A stretch of 40,382 nt of DNA from a virus (Duplodnaviria > Caudoviricetes): positions 1-40,382 of IMG/VR virus record IMGVR_UViG_3300030708_000335; one strand, 5' to 3'. Positions 25,509-34,689 of the stretch are shown piece after piece. Within the stretch, counting starts at the first letter, position 1, and each line of letters begins with the position of its first letter. The position numbers and the translations under genes are program-made. The notes beneath the pieces were generated by a model. It did no database searches. It was given only the letters and a program-made list of their open reading frames with translations, and was not told the origin of the DNA.

Positions 25509-26240
25509 CTACCACGTTAATAACACCGCACCGTCCTCGCCGTCTGTTGGGCAAAGCGTACTTGGGATGCGTGCATTGGAATTACCCCCAGTGCCGTATC
25601 CTGTTCCGTTACTACCTCCTGCACTGGCTGGGTAACTGTTTCGATTGCTTGAGGGCGATCCCCCAGCGGTTCCATTCGGTGTACCCCCAGCCCCAGCCGC
25701 GCCATCTCCGTTGTCACCTGTGTTGCCTACGCCTCCGCCACCGCCACCTGCGGAATAAAGAACCGTACTCCCTCTGGATATGGAGGAGTCCTCGCCATCA
25801 TCAGCATTCTTGCTACCAGTGGAACCTGTATTTTCTGAACACTGACTGCCTCCATTAAAATAAAACGAACCGCGAGTTCCGCCCTCTCCCACTACTATTG
25901 ATAATTGCTCGGACGGTGTTACAGATATAGTGACGTTCTGGTAGTACCCGCCACTACCTCCACCGCCACCCGCTCGGTTATCCCCGCTGCCATCATTACC
26001 ACCACCGCCTCCCCCGCCCCCCACGATGGTAGCAGTCAGGCTGTAGACACCCGCTGGAACTGTGAATGTAGTTGATCCTGCGGTAGTAAAGTTCTGACTT
26101 CCGCTCTCATACAAAGCAGACTTCCATGTTCCGCTGTCCTTTACATAGACATCAAGACACGACTTCCATGTTCCGCCGTCATTAACGTGAACCTCTTGCG
26201 CCTGTTTCCAAGTGCCGCTGTCGTTAACGTGTAGACTCAT
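25509..26240 (-). CDS. Glycine-rich tail fibre tip protein
   Basis: Three N-terminal (H/Y)V(N/K)D(S/G)GTWK repeats, then a FTVPAGV..VGGGGGGG glycine-rich domain. Confidence 0.75.
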   Translation of the reverse strand: MSLHVNDSGTWKQAQEVHVNDGGTWKSCLDVYVKDSGTWKSALYESGSQNFTTAGSTTFTVPAGVYSLTATIVGGGGGGGGNDGSGDNRAGGGGGSGGYYQNVTISVTPSEQLSIVVGEGGTRGSFYFNGGSQCSENTGSTGSKNADDGEDSSISRGSTVLYSAGGGGGGVGNTGDNGDGAAGAGGTPNGTAGGSPSSNRNSYPASAGGSNGTGYGTGGNSNARIPSTLCPTDGEDGAVLLTW

Positions 26241-26686
26241 GCTGAGACTTTGTACCAGACATCACCATCTGAACCACCAGAAGGGTCGCTCGTGGAGACT
26301 GTTTTGGTTCCCTTCCCGTTTAGACCCGCTGCAATTTTTGAGTCAGTAACAGCGGAGTCGGCAATCTTTGCTGTGGTTACGGCACTGTCAGCAACCATAT
26401 CCGTAGCAACCTGAACCTCGCCAACCTCACCAGCCGTAGCTGCACCGATTAACCTATTATCAGTAGTGGTGTCCTGAATCTTGGCGTAGGTAATAGCGTC
26501 ATCGGCAACCTTAGCTGTAGTTACATTAGCGTCCAGTATCTTTGCGGTTGTTACAGCACTATTGTTAATCTTAGCTGTTACTACTGCATTGTCGTTAATG
26601 GTAGCATTGCCTACTAGATTGTTAAGATCACCGTGAGTTACGGATTGACCCGATGTGAATGTTGTACCACCCGTTAAGTCTGGCAT
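26237..26686 (-). CDS. Short tail fibre / adaptor with repeats
   Basis: 10-aa AVTTAKIAD(S/D) repeats and C-terminal PSGGSDGDVWY. Confidence 0.75.
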   Translation of the reverse strand: MPDLTGGTTFTSGQSVTHGDLNNLVGNATINDNAVVTAKINNSAVTTAKILDANVTTAKVADDAITYAKIQDTTTDNRLIGAATAGEVGEVQVATDMVADSAVTTAKIADSAVTDSKIAAGLNGKGTKTVSTSDPSGGSDGDVWYKVSA

Positions 26687-26687
26687 T

Positions 26688-26864
26688 TTATTCTGCTTTC
26701 TTTTTAGCTAGTGCTGACCACACCAAGCCAATGATTGTAATTACTGCGCCAACCAAGGCTTCCACCTCAGTCTCCGCAACCATTCCTCTAGCTACTAATG
26801 CGCCTCCACCCGCTGTTAGGATGTGACGAATTATCCCGTTAAGGATTGAGTCTTTATCAAGCAT
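26688..26864 (-). CDS. Small two-TM membrane protein, holin candidate (58 aa; not in the ORF track)
   Basis: MLDKDSILNGIIRHILTAGGGALVARG..ALVGAVITIIGLVWSALAKKKAE with a GAGAGG RBS. Confidence 0.75.
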   Translation of the reverse strand: MLDKDSILNGIIRHILTAGGGALVARGMVAETEVEALVGAVITIIGLVWSALAKKKAE

Positions 26865-27003
26865 AACGCATTCCTCTCTTTGACTTTTTCTTTGAAGCAG
26901 CTTTTGCTTTTTTATTGGCAGCGGTTCTTGCTTTGCCTGTTTTGCTCATGCGGTTCTTAAACTGCTGCTTAGTTTCTGTTTTATATTTTTTATAGTTTGG
27001 CAT
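26857..27003 (-). CDS. Small very basic protein (48 aa; not in the ORF track)
   Basis: GGAGG RBS; MPNYKKYKTETKQQFKNRMSKTGKARTAANKKAKAASKKKSKRGMRYA. Confidence 0.7.
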   Translation of the reverse strand: MPNYKKYKTETKQQFKNRMSKTGKARTAANKKAKAASKKKSKRGMRYA

Positions 27004-27004
27004 A

Positions 27005-27223
27005 TTATCCTCCGAATATCTTACTTAACGCTAATCCTCCACCCGCTGATCCTGCGCCGACAGCCCCTAAGAGCCACCATTTGAATGTCTCTAACTTCTC
27101 AATTCTTACCTGATGGTCGTCTAATTGTCGAATCATTCTGTCAAGCTTATCTGTATTTCCTACCTGCCTCGCCTCCATGCGGGTTAAAATAGAGTCAATA
27201 CTGTCTGGGTTGTATCCGTTCAT
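27005..27223 (-). CDS. Coiled-coil plus C-terminal TM protein (XhlA/holin-like)
   Basis: HQVRIEKLETFKWWLLGAVGAG architecture. Confidence 0.6.
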   Translation of the reverse strand: MNGYNPDSIDSILTRMEARQVGNTDKLDRMIRQLDDHQVRIEKLETFKWWLLGAVGAGSAGGGLALSKIFGG

Positions 27224-27224
27224 A

Positions 27225-27509
27225 CTAGCACTTCCACCTTTTGCGGGCTTGATTGAGGCGAGAGTTTGGGTCTTTCGCTGCTTTTGGGAACTTCTTAGCT
27301 TGCCCCGCTGATCTAGCGCAGTAAGATTTTCGGCGTTTAGCGTCCTTGCTTCCCGCCTTAACTTTGCCAGTTACAGCAGTCTTTAGCTTTGATCCGGGAT
27401 TTGCTCGGCGGTAGGCAGCTACACCTTTCTTAGTCATCCCTGCCCCTGACTTAGTGGGACGGTAGTTAGCTCCCTTGCCCTTTGTGGTTCTGGCGATTGA
27501 TTTAGCCAT
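27225..27509 (-). CDS. Basic conserved phage protein (DUF6321-like, 94 aa)
   Basis: Start MAKSIAR after GGAGGAG; GMTKKGVAAYRRANPGSKLK..RRKSYCARS..RWKC. Confidence 0.75.
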   Translation of the reverse strand: MAKSIARTTKGKGANYRPTKSGAGMTKKGVAAYRRANPGSKLKTAVTGKVKAGSKDAKRRKSYCARSAGQAKKFPKAAKDPNSRLNQARKRWKC

Positions 27510-27978
27510 CTTGCTGCTCCTCCTTTGCCGCAGCCTCTTCAGCCTCCATCCGGTTACGCTCGGCCTGTTCATCAGGATTGATCGGCCAGTTCTGCACAAT
27601 GGCGTCAATAGCTTCGTAACTTTCGGCGGCACTGTACTGGCTTTCCAGACGATCTGCCTCGGCAATGACAGCGGCACGATATTCGGCCCAATCATCAGCC
27701 ACCACTCGGCTTCTTTCTACGCTCGCAATTACCATCCAGTCGGATTGAGCCAGTAGTTTACCCGCAGTGTCTTTAGCCCGCGCAATGCCGTCAGCCTTCT
27801 CACGATCCAGCGGAGCACGGACTACTGGTGGTTCTTCAGGCGTTTCCCAGCTAATGCCTTGAGCTTCCTTGTCGGCAGGCGTGGACACCCGAAGCCAGTT
27901 TGCAGGGAATGAAATATTGTTGTGGCTGAACGCTTTGTCTAGCGGGAGTGCCCGACCTTCTGTTGTGACGTATGGCAT
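27502..27978 (-). CDS. Tail fibre assembly / chaperone-like protein
   Basis: FPANWLR..LAQSDW..WAEYRAAV..NWP motifs; follows a fibre gene. Confidence 0.7.
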   Translation of the reverse strand: MPYVTTEGRALPLDKAFSHNNISFPANWLRVSTPADKEAQGISWETPEEPPVVRAPLDREKADGIARAKDTAGKLLAQSDWMVIASVERSRVVADDWAEYRAAVIAEADRLESQYSAAESYEAIDAIVQNWPINPDEQAERNRMEAEEAAAKEEQQDG

Positions 27979-27987
27979 AATTAAATC

Positions 27988-30900
27988 CTATCTTGCGTTG
28001 GCGTGTTTAAAGGGTGACTCGCTGAAACAGGCATACACGAAACTTGTATTGTTTTGGTTTGTAACAGACCCCGAACCCCTCAACTTAAATCCGTTAGCTG
28101 TGAAATCCGCCTTGTTTGAGGATGCGGTTGCTTCGGCGTTCTGTGTGTTTGGCTCAAGAAATTTATCAACTACGTTGTAGCCCTCCCGCTTGTTGTCTAA
28201 CAAAAACCAATCCTGTGATGCGCCTATGTTTTTTATCAGTACAAAGGCTGGCCGGAATCCGGTGTAAATAAACGGCCCATCCGAGCTTCCGTTGCCCGTG
28301 TATTTACCGAATTTGGAATAGCCTTCGACGCCAGCGAACCCGTAAAAAATAAAGTTCTTATTGTTATCCACCATCCGAACGGTATCGGTGTTAGAGCCAT
28401 CATAAATCAGAACATTCCTAATCTTAACTTGATGCTGTGCGCCCGCTGTTACATTTTGGAACCAACCAATAGTGCTATAGTCCTCATCGTAATTGTTTCC
28501 GTTGGTGTCACTTTCTGATTCTGATTCGTTTAAGTAAATCGAGCCATCATCATTAGCTAAATCCTTATGCCAAACTACCCATTTACCTCCAGAACCGGAC
28601 GCAGAACTCCTACACTTGCCAATCGCAAAATCAATCGGTGCACCTAGCGAGTGGTTAAACAGCATCATATCGTTATCGGTTGATGAGTTACCAGTGTAGG
28701 TAAACATCGTGAACCCAGCCGCAGCGTTATATTTCTCGGAGTTTGAGTTTACGGTTGAACCCTGCAACTCCAGCACGCCAGTCGTAGATGCGTTGGTGCT
28801 GTCGTGGCCGCTGGACGGGTAGAATACATCATCTTCTTCAGGCGCGTCTGGGCCGCCGCCGCCGCCGCTTCCACCATAGTAATTATACCCATCCCAGCTT
28901 GCTAATTCAGTGCTGCTAGAGTTTTCGAGATAAGCATAGATGTCATACCACGGGTCAGAGCTATCGACCGTTCTCCAGACAAGTTTAATTTTTGAAACGT
29001 CATCTGTTTTTATGTCGTACTGTGCGTAGTATCCACCATATTCATCATCATAGTCTGGCTCCGACACAAACCCAAGCGAGGTGCTTCCTTCAATGACCTC
29101 TAACTTTGTAGTCCCCCAGCCGTCATAGCCATCATAGTTCTCCACCGTAAGAGTTAAAGTGTTGGAGTAACTGTAAGAAGAGGCGGTTTGGTGAGCTTTC
29201 CAAGTCCAGCCAACGTATGTTCTTCCAGAGTAGTTTGACCCGCTATCAGAACCTAAAGTAAATCCATCGCTGTCGAATGACGTTAGTTCCGTGGATTGCG
29301 TAGTCTCCGCGCCAGCCGTGTTAGTCTCCAAACGCTTCGTAACGCCTCGCAAAGAGTCAAACCATTTAGGACTTGAGCCAGAGGTTGATCGAGATTTCGT
29401 GTAAAGTAAGTCTGGCTGGAAGCCTAATCCGGTTATGGCGTTACTACTGCTAGTTCCGTTGTAGAGTGCAATCCCAAAATTCTCTGACGGCGTAACGGTT
29501 GGGTCATCGAGATTGGAGGAGTTCAGGCTTTTGAATCCGGTGGGCGGAGCATAGTAGAACTCACTCTGACTAGTGTCTTGGCCGCTGGTTTTGTTTCCAG
29601 CAAAGGTCGGGTCTTGGCCAGCGTTCATTACAAACCCGCTGCCATTTGTGTTGTTAGAGGATACTACTACCTCAATAGTTAAAAGGTCATCGCTAGAGAA
29701 TGTCCGAGAAACCGCGCCAGTTCCGGTGCTACCAGATGTCGGGTCGCCGCTGTTCATCCAAGTCATCGCCCCGCCGCTTTCGTACCCGCCGTAAATTTTT
29801 CCGTTGTCTACATCTATGGCCAGCGCGCAGATATAAGCAGAATTATTCAATGTTCCACCGGAGTCAGTATCGACCGCTACCCCGTCACTCCAGAGAGTCA
29901 TATTGTTGCCATAAATGTTAGGGCTAATGCCATCGAAACCGTTCCCAGTTGCAAGCCCGTAATGACTTCCGCTTGAGCTATCCCAAGTCCCGTCTTGCTG
30001 CCTAATCACACCAACCGAGCTTATGTTTCCGCCCCCCTTTGCGGTATAAGCGTAGAACTCTACATACCACTTGCCAGATGTGGGAATCGGAATGGTCGCT
30101 GGAACCTTCTCGTAGTTGCCCCCGCTGTAAGAGTTGGCGTAAATCTTTAGGTTGCCCTCGGACACTGGAGCGGAAACTGCGCCATCTGGGTGAAGCACGT
30201 TTATCGTAGCGTAATTCTTCGTCGGCACATCCGGCATTACATCGTGGCTGGATAGATTAGTCGTCGTGAAATCATTAGAGTTGGATGTGCTGTCCGCGCC
30301 GATGTCGCTGCTGTCATCGAGCTTTAGATGGAATCCGTTGTTACCATAGGTTCCGGTGTACTCCTTGGGCTTGTAGCCCCCGTAATCATTCGCTTCTATG
30401 AACTCCGTAGGCTCTAACTGTTGCCCGTCCACAAAATACACATCCGCAATCAGCCCGTCCCAGTGATATTTGTACGTGGAGTGATATGAGCGGTGCGCGT
30501 TTTTACCGATACGCTGGACGTAACCACTGCTATTAAACCTGTGGGTGTAACCAGAGACGCTTTCGTTGTGACTATAAGTCGGCTCCGTTAGACGAACCCC
30601 ATTGACATACCACTTATATGCATTCTGATTATTTCCACTGCTTCCTGTTTGTGAATTATCGTAAGCAAAACACAGGTGATACCAAGCGTTTGGATCGCGC
30701 AGAACTTGGCCAGTGCATCTAATTGTCCTATGGTTTGAGCTAGTGGCTTGGTCTGCATACAGCATTCCGTTGTAGATAGAAACAGAAGCAGCGTTATCGT
30801 TGCTTGCCCCCGCGCCAAACAAAGTCATGTAGCCATTGGAGGGCTGCTGGCCAACCTTGACCCACATACTTATTGTCCACTTACCTTCGTCGGTTGGAGT

Positions 30901-31032
30901 GCCAGCGGTGCGGTAGAGGTGTCCGGCCTCACTGCTGCTGACAGAGCCGTTAAACCGCAGCGAACGAGTGACCGGATCAGAGTCACCGCCACTCGCAGCC
31001 AGCAACAAAGGATTGGCAGAGCCTAGTGCCAT
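27988..31032 (-). CDS. LamG/concanavalin-A-domain tail fibre (receptor-binding) protein (1014 aa)
   Basis: RSLRFNG..WTISMWVK..RDPNAWYH, YGNNGFHL, a SPRY-like region and repeated YTGNG / GFQPD / GFRPA domains. Confidence 0.8.
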   Translation of the reverse strand: MALGSANPLLLAASGGDSDPVTRSLRFNGSVSSSEAGHLYRTAGTPTDEGKWTISMWVKVGQQPSNGYMTLFGAGASNDNAASVSIYNGMLYADQATSSNHRTIRCTGQVLRDPNAWYHLCFAYDNSQTGSSGNNQNAYKWYVNGVRLTEPTYSHNESVSGYTHRFNSSGYVQRIGKNAHRSYHSTYKYHWDGLIADVYFVDGQQLEPTEFIEANDYGGYKPKEYTGTYGNNGFHLKLDDSSDIGADSTSNSNDFTTTNLSSHDVMPDVPTKNYATINVLHPDGAVSAPVSEGNLKIYANSYSGGNYEKVPATIPIPTSGKWYVEFYAYTAKGGGNISSVGVIRQQDGTWDSSSGSHYGLATGNGFDGISPNIYGNNMTLWSDGVAVDTDSGGTLNNSAYICALAIDVDNGKIYGGYESGGAMTWMNSGDPTSGSTGTGAVSRTFSSDDLLTIEVVVSSNNTNGSGFVMNAGQDPTFAGNKTSGQDTSQSEFYYAPPTGFKSLNSSNLDDPTVTPSENFGIALYNGTSSSNAITGLGFQPDLLYTKSRSTSGSSPKWFDSLRGVTKRLETNTAGAETTQSTELTSFDSDGFTLGSDSGSNYSGRTYVGWTWKAHQTASSYSYSNTLTLTVENYDGYDGWGTTKLEVIEGSTSLGFVSEPDYDDEYGGYYAQYDIKTDDVSKIKLVWRTVDSSDPWYDIYAYLENSSSTELASWDGYNYYGGSGGGGGPDAPEEDDVFYPSSGHDSTNASTTGVLELQGSTVNSNSEKYNAAAGFTMFTYTGNSSTDNDMMLFNHSLGAPIDFAIGKCRSSASGSGGKWVVWHKDLANDDGSIYLNESESESDTNGNNYDEDYSTIGWFQNVTAGAQHQVKIRNVLIYDGSNTDTVRMVDNNKNFIFYGFAGVEGYSKFGKYTGNGSSDGPFIYTGFRPAFVLIKNIGASQDWFLLDNKREGYNVVDKFLEPNTQNAEATASSNKADFTANGFKLRGSGSVTNQNNTSFVYACFSESPFKHANAR

Positions 31033-31388
31033 TATTCAGCTTCTTCAGCAGGGGCTTCGGGCTTTGGCTTCTGCCATTCGAATTGAGCGGAAACCGGAGC
31101 GGCTTTCTTCGCCTCGATTTCAGCTTCAATGCTGGCGTGCCATCCACCTTCCTCGCTGGCTTGCTGGCAAAAAGGAGCTACCCATTCGGGCGTGATGTCC
31201 TCGAAGGCCACGAAGTTATCAGTAGGTGCGTCGAGCTTAATCATTGTGTCGCGGTAAGCACCCTGCCCAGTCTCAGAGCATTGGCCTGTCTCGCCGACTA
31301 CAATGTCAGTGATGACGTTTTGTTTTCCCGACTCGTGATTAGCGATGATGCGGGGTTCGATGCGTGTATATGCGTAGTTAATAGGCAT
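31032..31388 (-). CDS. Tail fibre-associated small protein
   Basis: FVAFEDITPEWV motif; lies between two fibre genes. Confidence 0.6.
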   Translation of the reverse strand: MPINYAYTRIEPRIIANHESGKQNVITDIVVGETGQCSETGQGAYRDTMIKLDAPTDNFVAFEDITPEWVAPFCQQASEEGGWHASIEAEIEAKKAAPVSAQFEWQKPKPEAPAEEAE

Positions 31389-31390
31389 GA

Positions 31391-34027
31391 TTATTTAGTG
31401 TCTGTTATTAGTGTTGCTGTGATTCGGGAAGATGATTCAACGTAGTACGCCAGCACATCGACTGCGTTGGCGGCGGTGGAAAGTGTAGGGGCTGTTCCTC
31501 CCGTAAATTTCCACGCACCATTGTATGTAAGGAGCCTCGACCCCGAACCATCTTGAGTGATTGTTATTACACCACTTTGGCCGACAGCGTTTGCAATGTT
31601 ATCAGGGTTATCCAGTTGGCGCGTAGCACCGACCGCTGACCCTAAAGTGACGCTAAAGTTGTTAGCATCGTCGAAGTCAGGGGTGATTGTAGAAGCGTCA
31701 GTTAAGGCTGTGACTTCAGCGTTGCTGGACTTCTTGACCGTGACTCGGCCAGTTTCGTTAATTCGTAAAACTTCAGTGCCAGCCCCAGCCGAAGCATTGT
31801 AGGTAAACGAAAAGTACCTGTTAGTGTCATCGTTGTCGGTGTCGATGTTGAACGTCAGGTTTTCAAACGAGTCAATATGTCCACTGGCTACGTCAGCTTC
31901 ACCGATTACTAATCTGCCGCCCTTAAGTGAAACAACCCCATCAGAAGCAATCCGCATCCGTTCAGTGCCATTAGTTGTGATCTGGCAATAGTTACTGCTT
32001 CCGTCGAAGTCGATAAGGTTATTGCCGTTGTGGCCAAATCCGTTAAGAGACTGATTAAATTCAGCGTATGCAGTGCCAGCAACGTGAAGCTTGTAGGACG
32101 GGTTAGCCGTGCCTATGCCTACATCGCCATCAGAATCAATCCGCATCCGCTCCGAAGAATTGACCCTGAATTTAAGTGCATCATTGGAGTGATCGTATTC
32201 AATGCGGCCCTGAATAGAGGTGTCGGTGTTATCGAGAAAAGTGAGTGCACCAGACTGGCTACTACTGCTACCAATTACGATACCAGTATTTCCGTTATTC
32301 ATTCCAGTGCCGGGGGTACCGACAACTAGTTGATTTAAGCCCGTCACGGTGATGTCACTCGGGGACTCACTGATTCCAACCCGTCCACTTGAATCAATCC
32401 GCATCCGTTCGGTTGGGGTTGAACTACCTGCTGATGTTCCAAAACGCAGTGAGTGATCATTAGCCGTGCTTTCAACAACCGCGTCGATAAAGGTTCCGCG
32501 ATTGTAACTGGCCGTTCCAGACATCCAGAGACGCGCACCTGTGTTTGTTGTAGCACCAGTATTTACTATGCTGACAATCTGTGCGGTGGAACCTGAACTG
32601 GACTTAGCTACGACTAAAGGTTCATTCGGGTCATCCTCACCAATACCCACATTTCCACTTGAATCAATTACCATTGCGTGAGTGCCGCCATTAGTCCCCA
32701 CTCTAAAGCGGATGTCTTGCGACTGGTAGGCAGTAATGTCCAATGCGTTCGACGAACCGGAGCCTTGAACACCGACAAAACCGTACAGAGTGCCACTCTT
32801 GGATAGCTCTAAAGCACAGCTAGTCGCAGCAGACCCACCAGAATCCAAAGTAAGAGCCTTCCCCCAAGTTCCGCCGATGTTAGGGGAGACGCCGATGCCA
32901 ACGTCGCCACTTGAATCAATGGTCAATCTATGGGCTGTGCCGTCCCTAAACGTCAAATCGCCGTTTGATACAATCTCCCAAGTTTTAGAATCATCACTCA
33001 TCACCAGCGAGCAATGGTCTGAATCGTGTAAATGTAAAAACTTGTTAACCGAGTTTGGAGATGACGGATTATCCTCACCAATACCCACGTTGCCACTTGG
33101 ATCAATCCGCATTGACTCGGAACCGCCATTTTCAATAACAAAAGTTCCAGCCCCGCCAGAGCTGTTATAGCATACAATACCCCCGCCAAGAGTCGCACTA
33201 TTCCCTTGCAGCCTAATAAATGCCGCAGAGCCACTAGCATTCTCGGTAATCTTCAGACCAGAATCAGGATATGTTCCTACAAGTTCTAATTGAGAAGAAG
33301 GATTGGTCGTGCCTATGCCGACCGCACCGCTCGTGCCGTCTATGGCCAGCCTGTAATTAGAGTTTGTCCGGTCATATATACCGAATCCCTGATTAGATAT
33401 TCCGTTAGAGTTAAATAAATCCCACTTCTTGCTATTCGCTGAAAGCTGTATTCCAACCGAGGTGCTGTCGCTGTCGAAGTACGCTACATTCCCTCCTCCT
33501 GTCCTAGAGACGTGCAGTTTTGCGTCGGGCGAATCATTACCCACACCCAACCGATTATTCGTGTCATCCCAGACTAGGTTGGAGCTGGCATCGAAATTAT
33601 TGCTGCCATCATTAAATTGCAGATAGCCAGTGGAACCAGCAGCGGAAGCAGAGCCACCAGCCGCCCAACTTAATACGCCATTACCATCAGTCGAAAGCAC
33701 CTCACCACTTGCGCCATTATCCACAGGCAGGGTTAACGTGTAGCTTGCAGAGGCACTGTGCGCGGGAGACTGAATCTTAACGCCGTGGGTATTGTAAGAA
33801 CAGTTAAGCATAATAGCACCTGCTGTTCCGCTTGTAGTTCCGTCACCCTTAACCTCAACATACCCAGTTCCGTCTGGGTTCAACGCAATGTTACCGTTTG
33901 TGGTACTGGTGTTTATTTCGTTGGAGCCAACATCTAAGTTGCCACCTAGCTGTGGGGTAGTGTCCTCGGATACGTTAGCAATTCCTCCAGAGCCGCCAGA
34001 GCCGCCTGATATACTGCTTTGACTCAT
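31391..34027 (-). CDS. Long tail fibre protein (878 aa)
   Basis: N-terminal EDTTPQLGGNLD, multiple ERMRIDSSGxVGIG repeats and C-terminal ITQDGSGSR..GGTAPTLST. Confidence 0.88.
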   Translation of the reverse strand: MSQSSISGGSGGSGGIANVSEDTTPQLGGNLDVGSNEINTSTTNGNIALNPDGTGYVEVKGDGTTSGTAGAIMLNCSYNTHGVKIQSPAHSASASYTLTLPVDNGASGEVLSTDGNGVLSWAAGGSASAAGSTGYLQFNDGSNNFDASSNLVWDDTNNRLGVGNDSPDAKLHVSRTGGGNVAYFDSDSTSVGIQLSANSKKWDLFNSNGISNQGFGIYDRTNSNYRLAIDGTSGAVGIGTTNPSSQLELVGTYPDSGLKITENASGSAAFIRLQGNSATLGGGIVCYNSSGGAGTFVIENGGSESMRIDPSGNVGIGEDNPSSPNSVNKFLHLHDSDHCSLVMSDDSKTWEIVSNGDLTFRDGTAHRLTIDSSGDVGIGVSPNIGGTWGKALTLDSGGSAATSCALELSKSGTLYGFVGVQGSGSSNALDITAYQSQDIRFRVGTNGGTHAMVIDSSGNVGIGEDDPNEPLVVAKSSSGSTAQIVSIVNTGATTNTGARLWMSGTASYNRGTFIDAVVESTANDHSLRFGTSAGSSTPTERMRIDSSGRVGISESPSDITVTGLNQLVVGTPGTGMNNGNTGIVIGSSSSQSGALTFLDNTDTSIQGRIEYDHSNDALKFRVNSSERMRIDSDGDVGIGTANPSYKLHVAGTAYAEFNQSLNGFGHNGNNLIDFDGSSNYCQITTNGTERMRIASDGVVSLKGGRLVIGEADVASGHIDSFENLTFNIDTDNDDTNRYFSFTYNASAGAGTEVLRINETGRVTVKKSSNAEVTALTDASTITPDFDDANNFSVTLGSAVGATRQLDNPDNIANAVGQSGVITITQDGSGSRLLTYNGAWKFTGGTAPTLSTAANAVDVLAYYVESSSRITATLITDTK

Positions 34028-34368
34028 ACTATTACCCCCGTAAACCAGCAGTCTGCTGAAGATTTTGTTAAAGTTGTGTTTGTAGAGGAGAAAGCAACAT
34101 ACACTCCGCTAGTAAATCTAAGCCCCCTAACGGGAACCTCTAAATAAAAGTTGTCTCCACCCTTCACATAGATTGGATGAATTGATGGGGCAGTACCGTC
34201 ACTTACAGCACTGGCACTATCGAACACCATAACGTACTGATCGGAAGATGCCTTACAAGAACCGAAAAGCCCCAGCAGGGAACACCCGCTAAGACTAACC
34301 TGCAATTCATCATCCCAAGTTGTGTTGCTTACCACCTCGCCTATATCGGCAATATCTTTTCTAGCCAT
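34024..34368 (-). CDS. Hypothetical virion protein (114 aa)
   Basis: Beta-rich with GLRFTSGVYV; coupled within the structural operon. Confidence 0.6.
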   Translation of the reverse strand: MARKDIADIGEVVSNTTWDDELQVSLSGCSLLGLFGSCKASSDQYVMVFDSASAVSDGTAPSIHPIYVKGGDNFYLEVPVRGLRFTSGVYVAFSSTNTTLTKSSADCWFTGVIV

Positions 34369-34622
34369 TAGTCACTCCACGCTTTTTTGATTTGTTTCTT
34401 GCTATAGTCGGACTTCCATCTCCCGCCTTTGCATTCTTCAGCATAATAACCCTTGAGAACACCATCTTTCATGTTCGTAGGGTTGGAAGCGTTTCCTGTA
34501 AAAGACATTGCCTGTGGCTCTTTCACTCTTGAGTATCCAGCAGGGCATCGGTCTTTGTCCTTGGCGAGTCGTATCTCTTCTATTCTCTCGCCCCTATCAT
34601 TTTCATAAACATATATCGGCAT
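34368..34622 (-). CDS. Hypothetical protein with an FmdB-like N-terminus
   Basis: MPIYVYE start typical of FmdB zinc ribbons, but both CxxC pairs are missing. Confidence 0.55.
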   Translation of the reverse strand: MPIYVYENDRGERIEEIRLAKDKDRCPAGYSRVKEPQAMSFTGNASNPTNMKDGVLKGYYAEECKGGRWKSDYSKKQIKKAWSD

Positions 34623-34637
34623 CTTACACCAATCTGT

Positions 34638-34678
34638 AAAGCGGAGGGAGCAGGGCTTTTTACTTCCCCACCCCCTCC
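34638..34678 (-). terminator. Hairpin after the capsid gene, probable partial terminator
   Basis: Minus strand GGAGGGGGTGGGG/CCCTGCTCCCTCC followed by GCTTT. Confidence 0.6.
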
Positions 34679-34689
34679 ATTGTTATTGT

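Noticed and set aside
27510-27695. N-terminal extensions given by the ORF track (also at 2314, 4294, 6671, 37768 and 39907)
   Set aside because: They overlap other genes or regulatory structures, and downstream starts have better RBS, coupling or promoter context.
31391-34027. Diversity-generating retroelement or invertible tail-fibre system
   Set aside because: No reverse transcriptase or invertase, and no TR/VR pair noticed. The repeats are ordinary protein-level fibre repeats.
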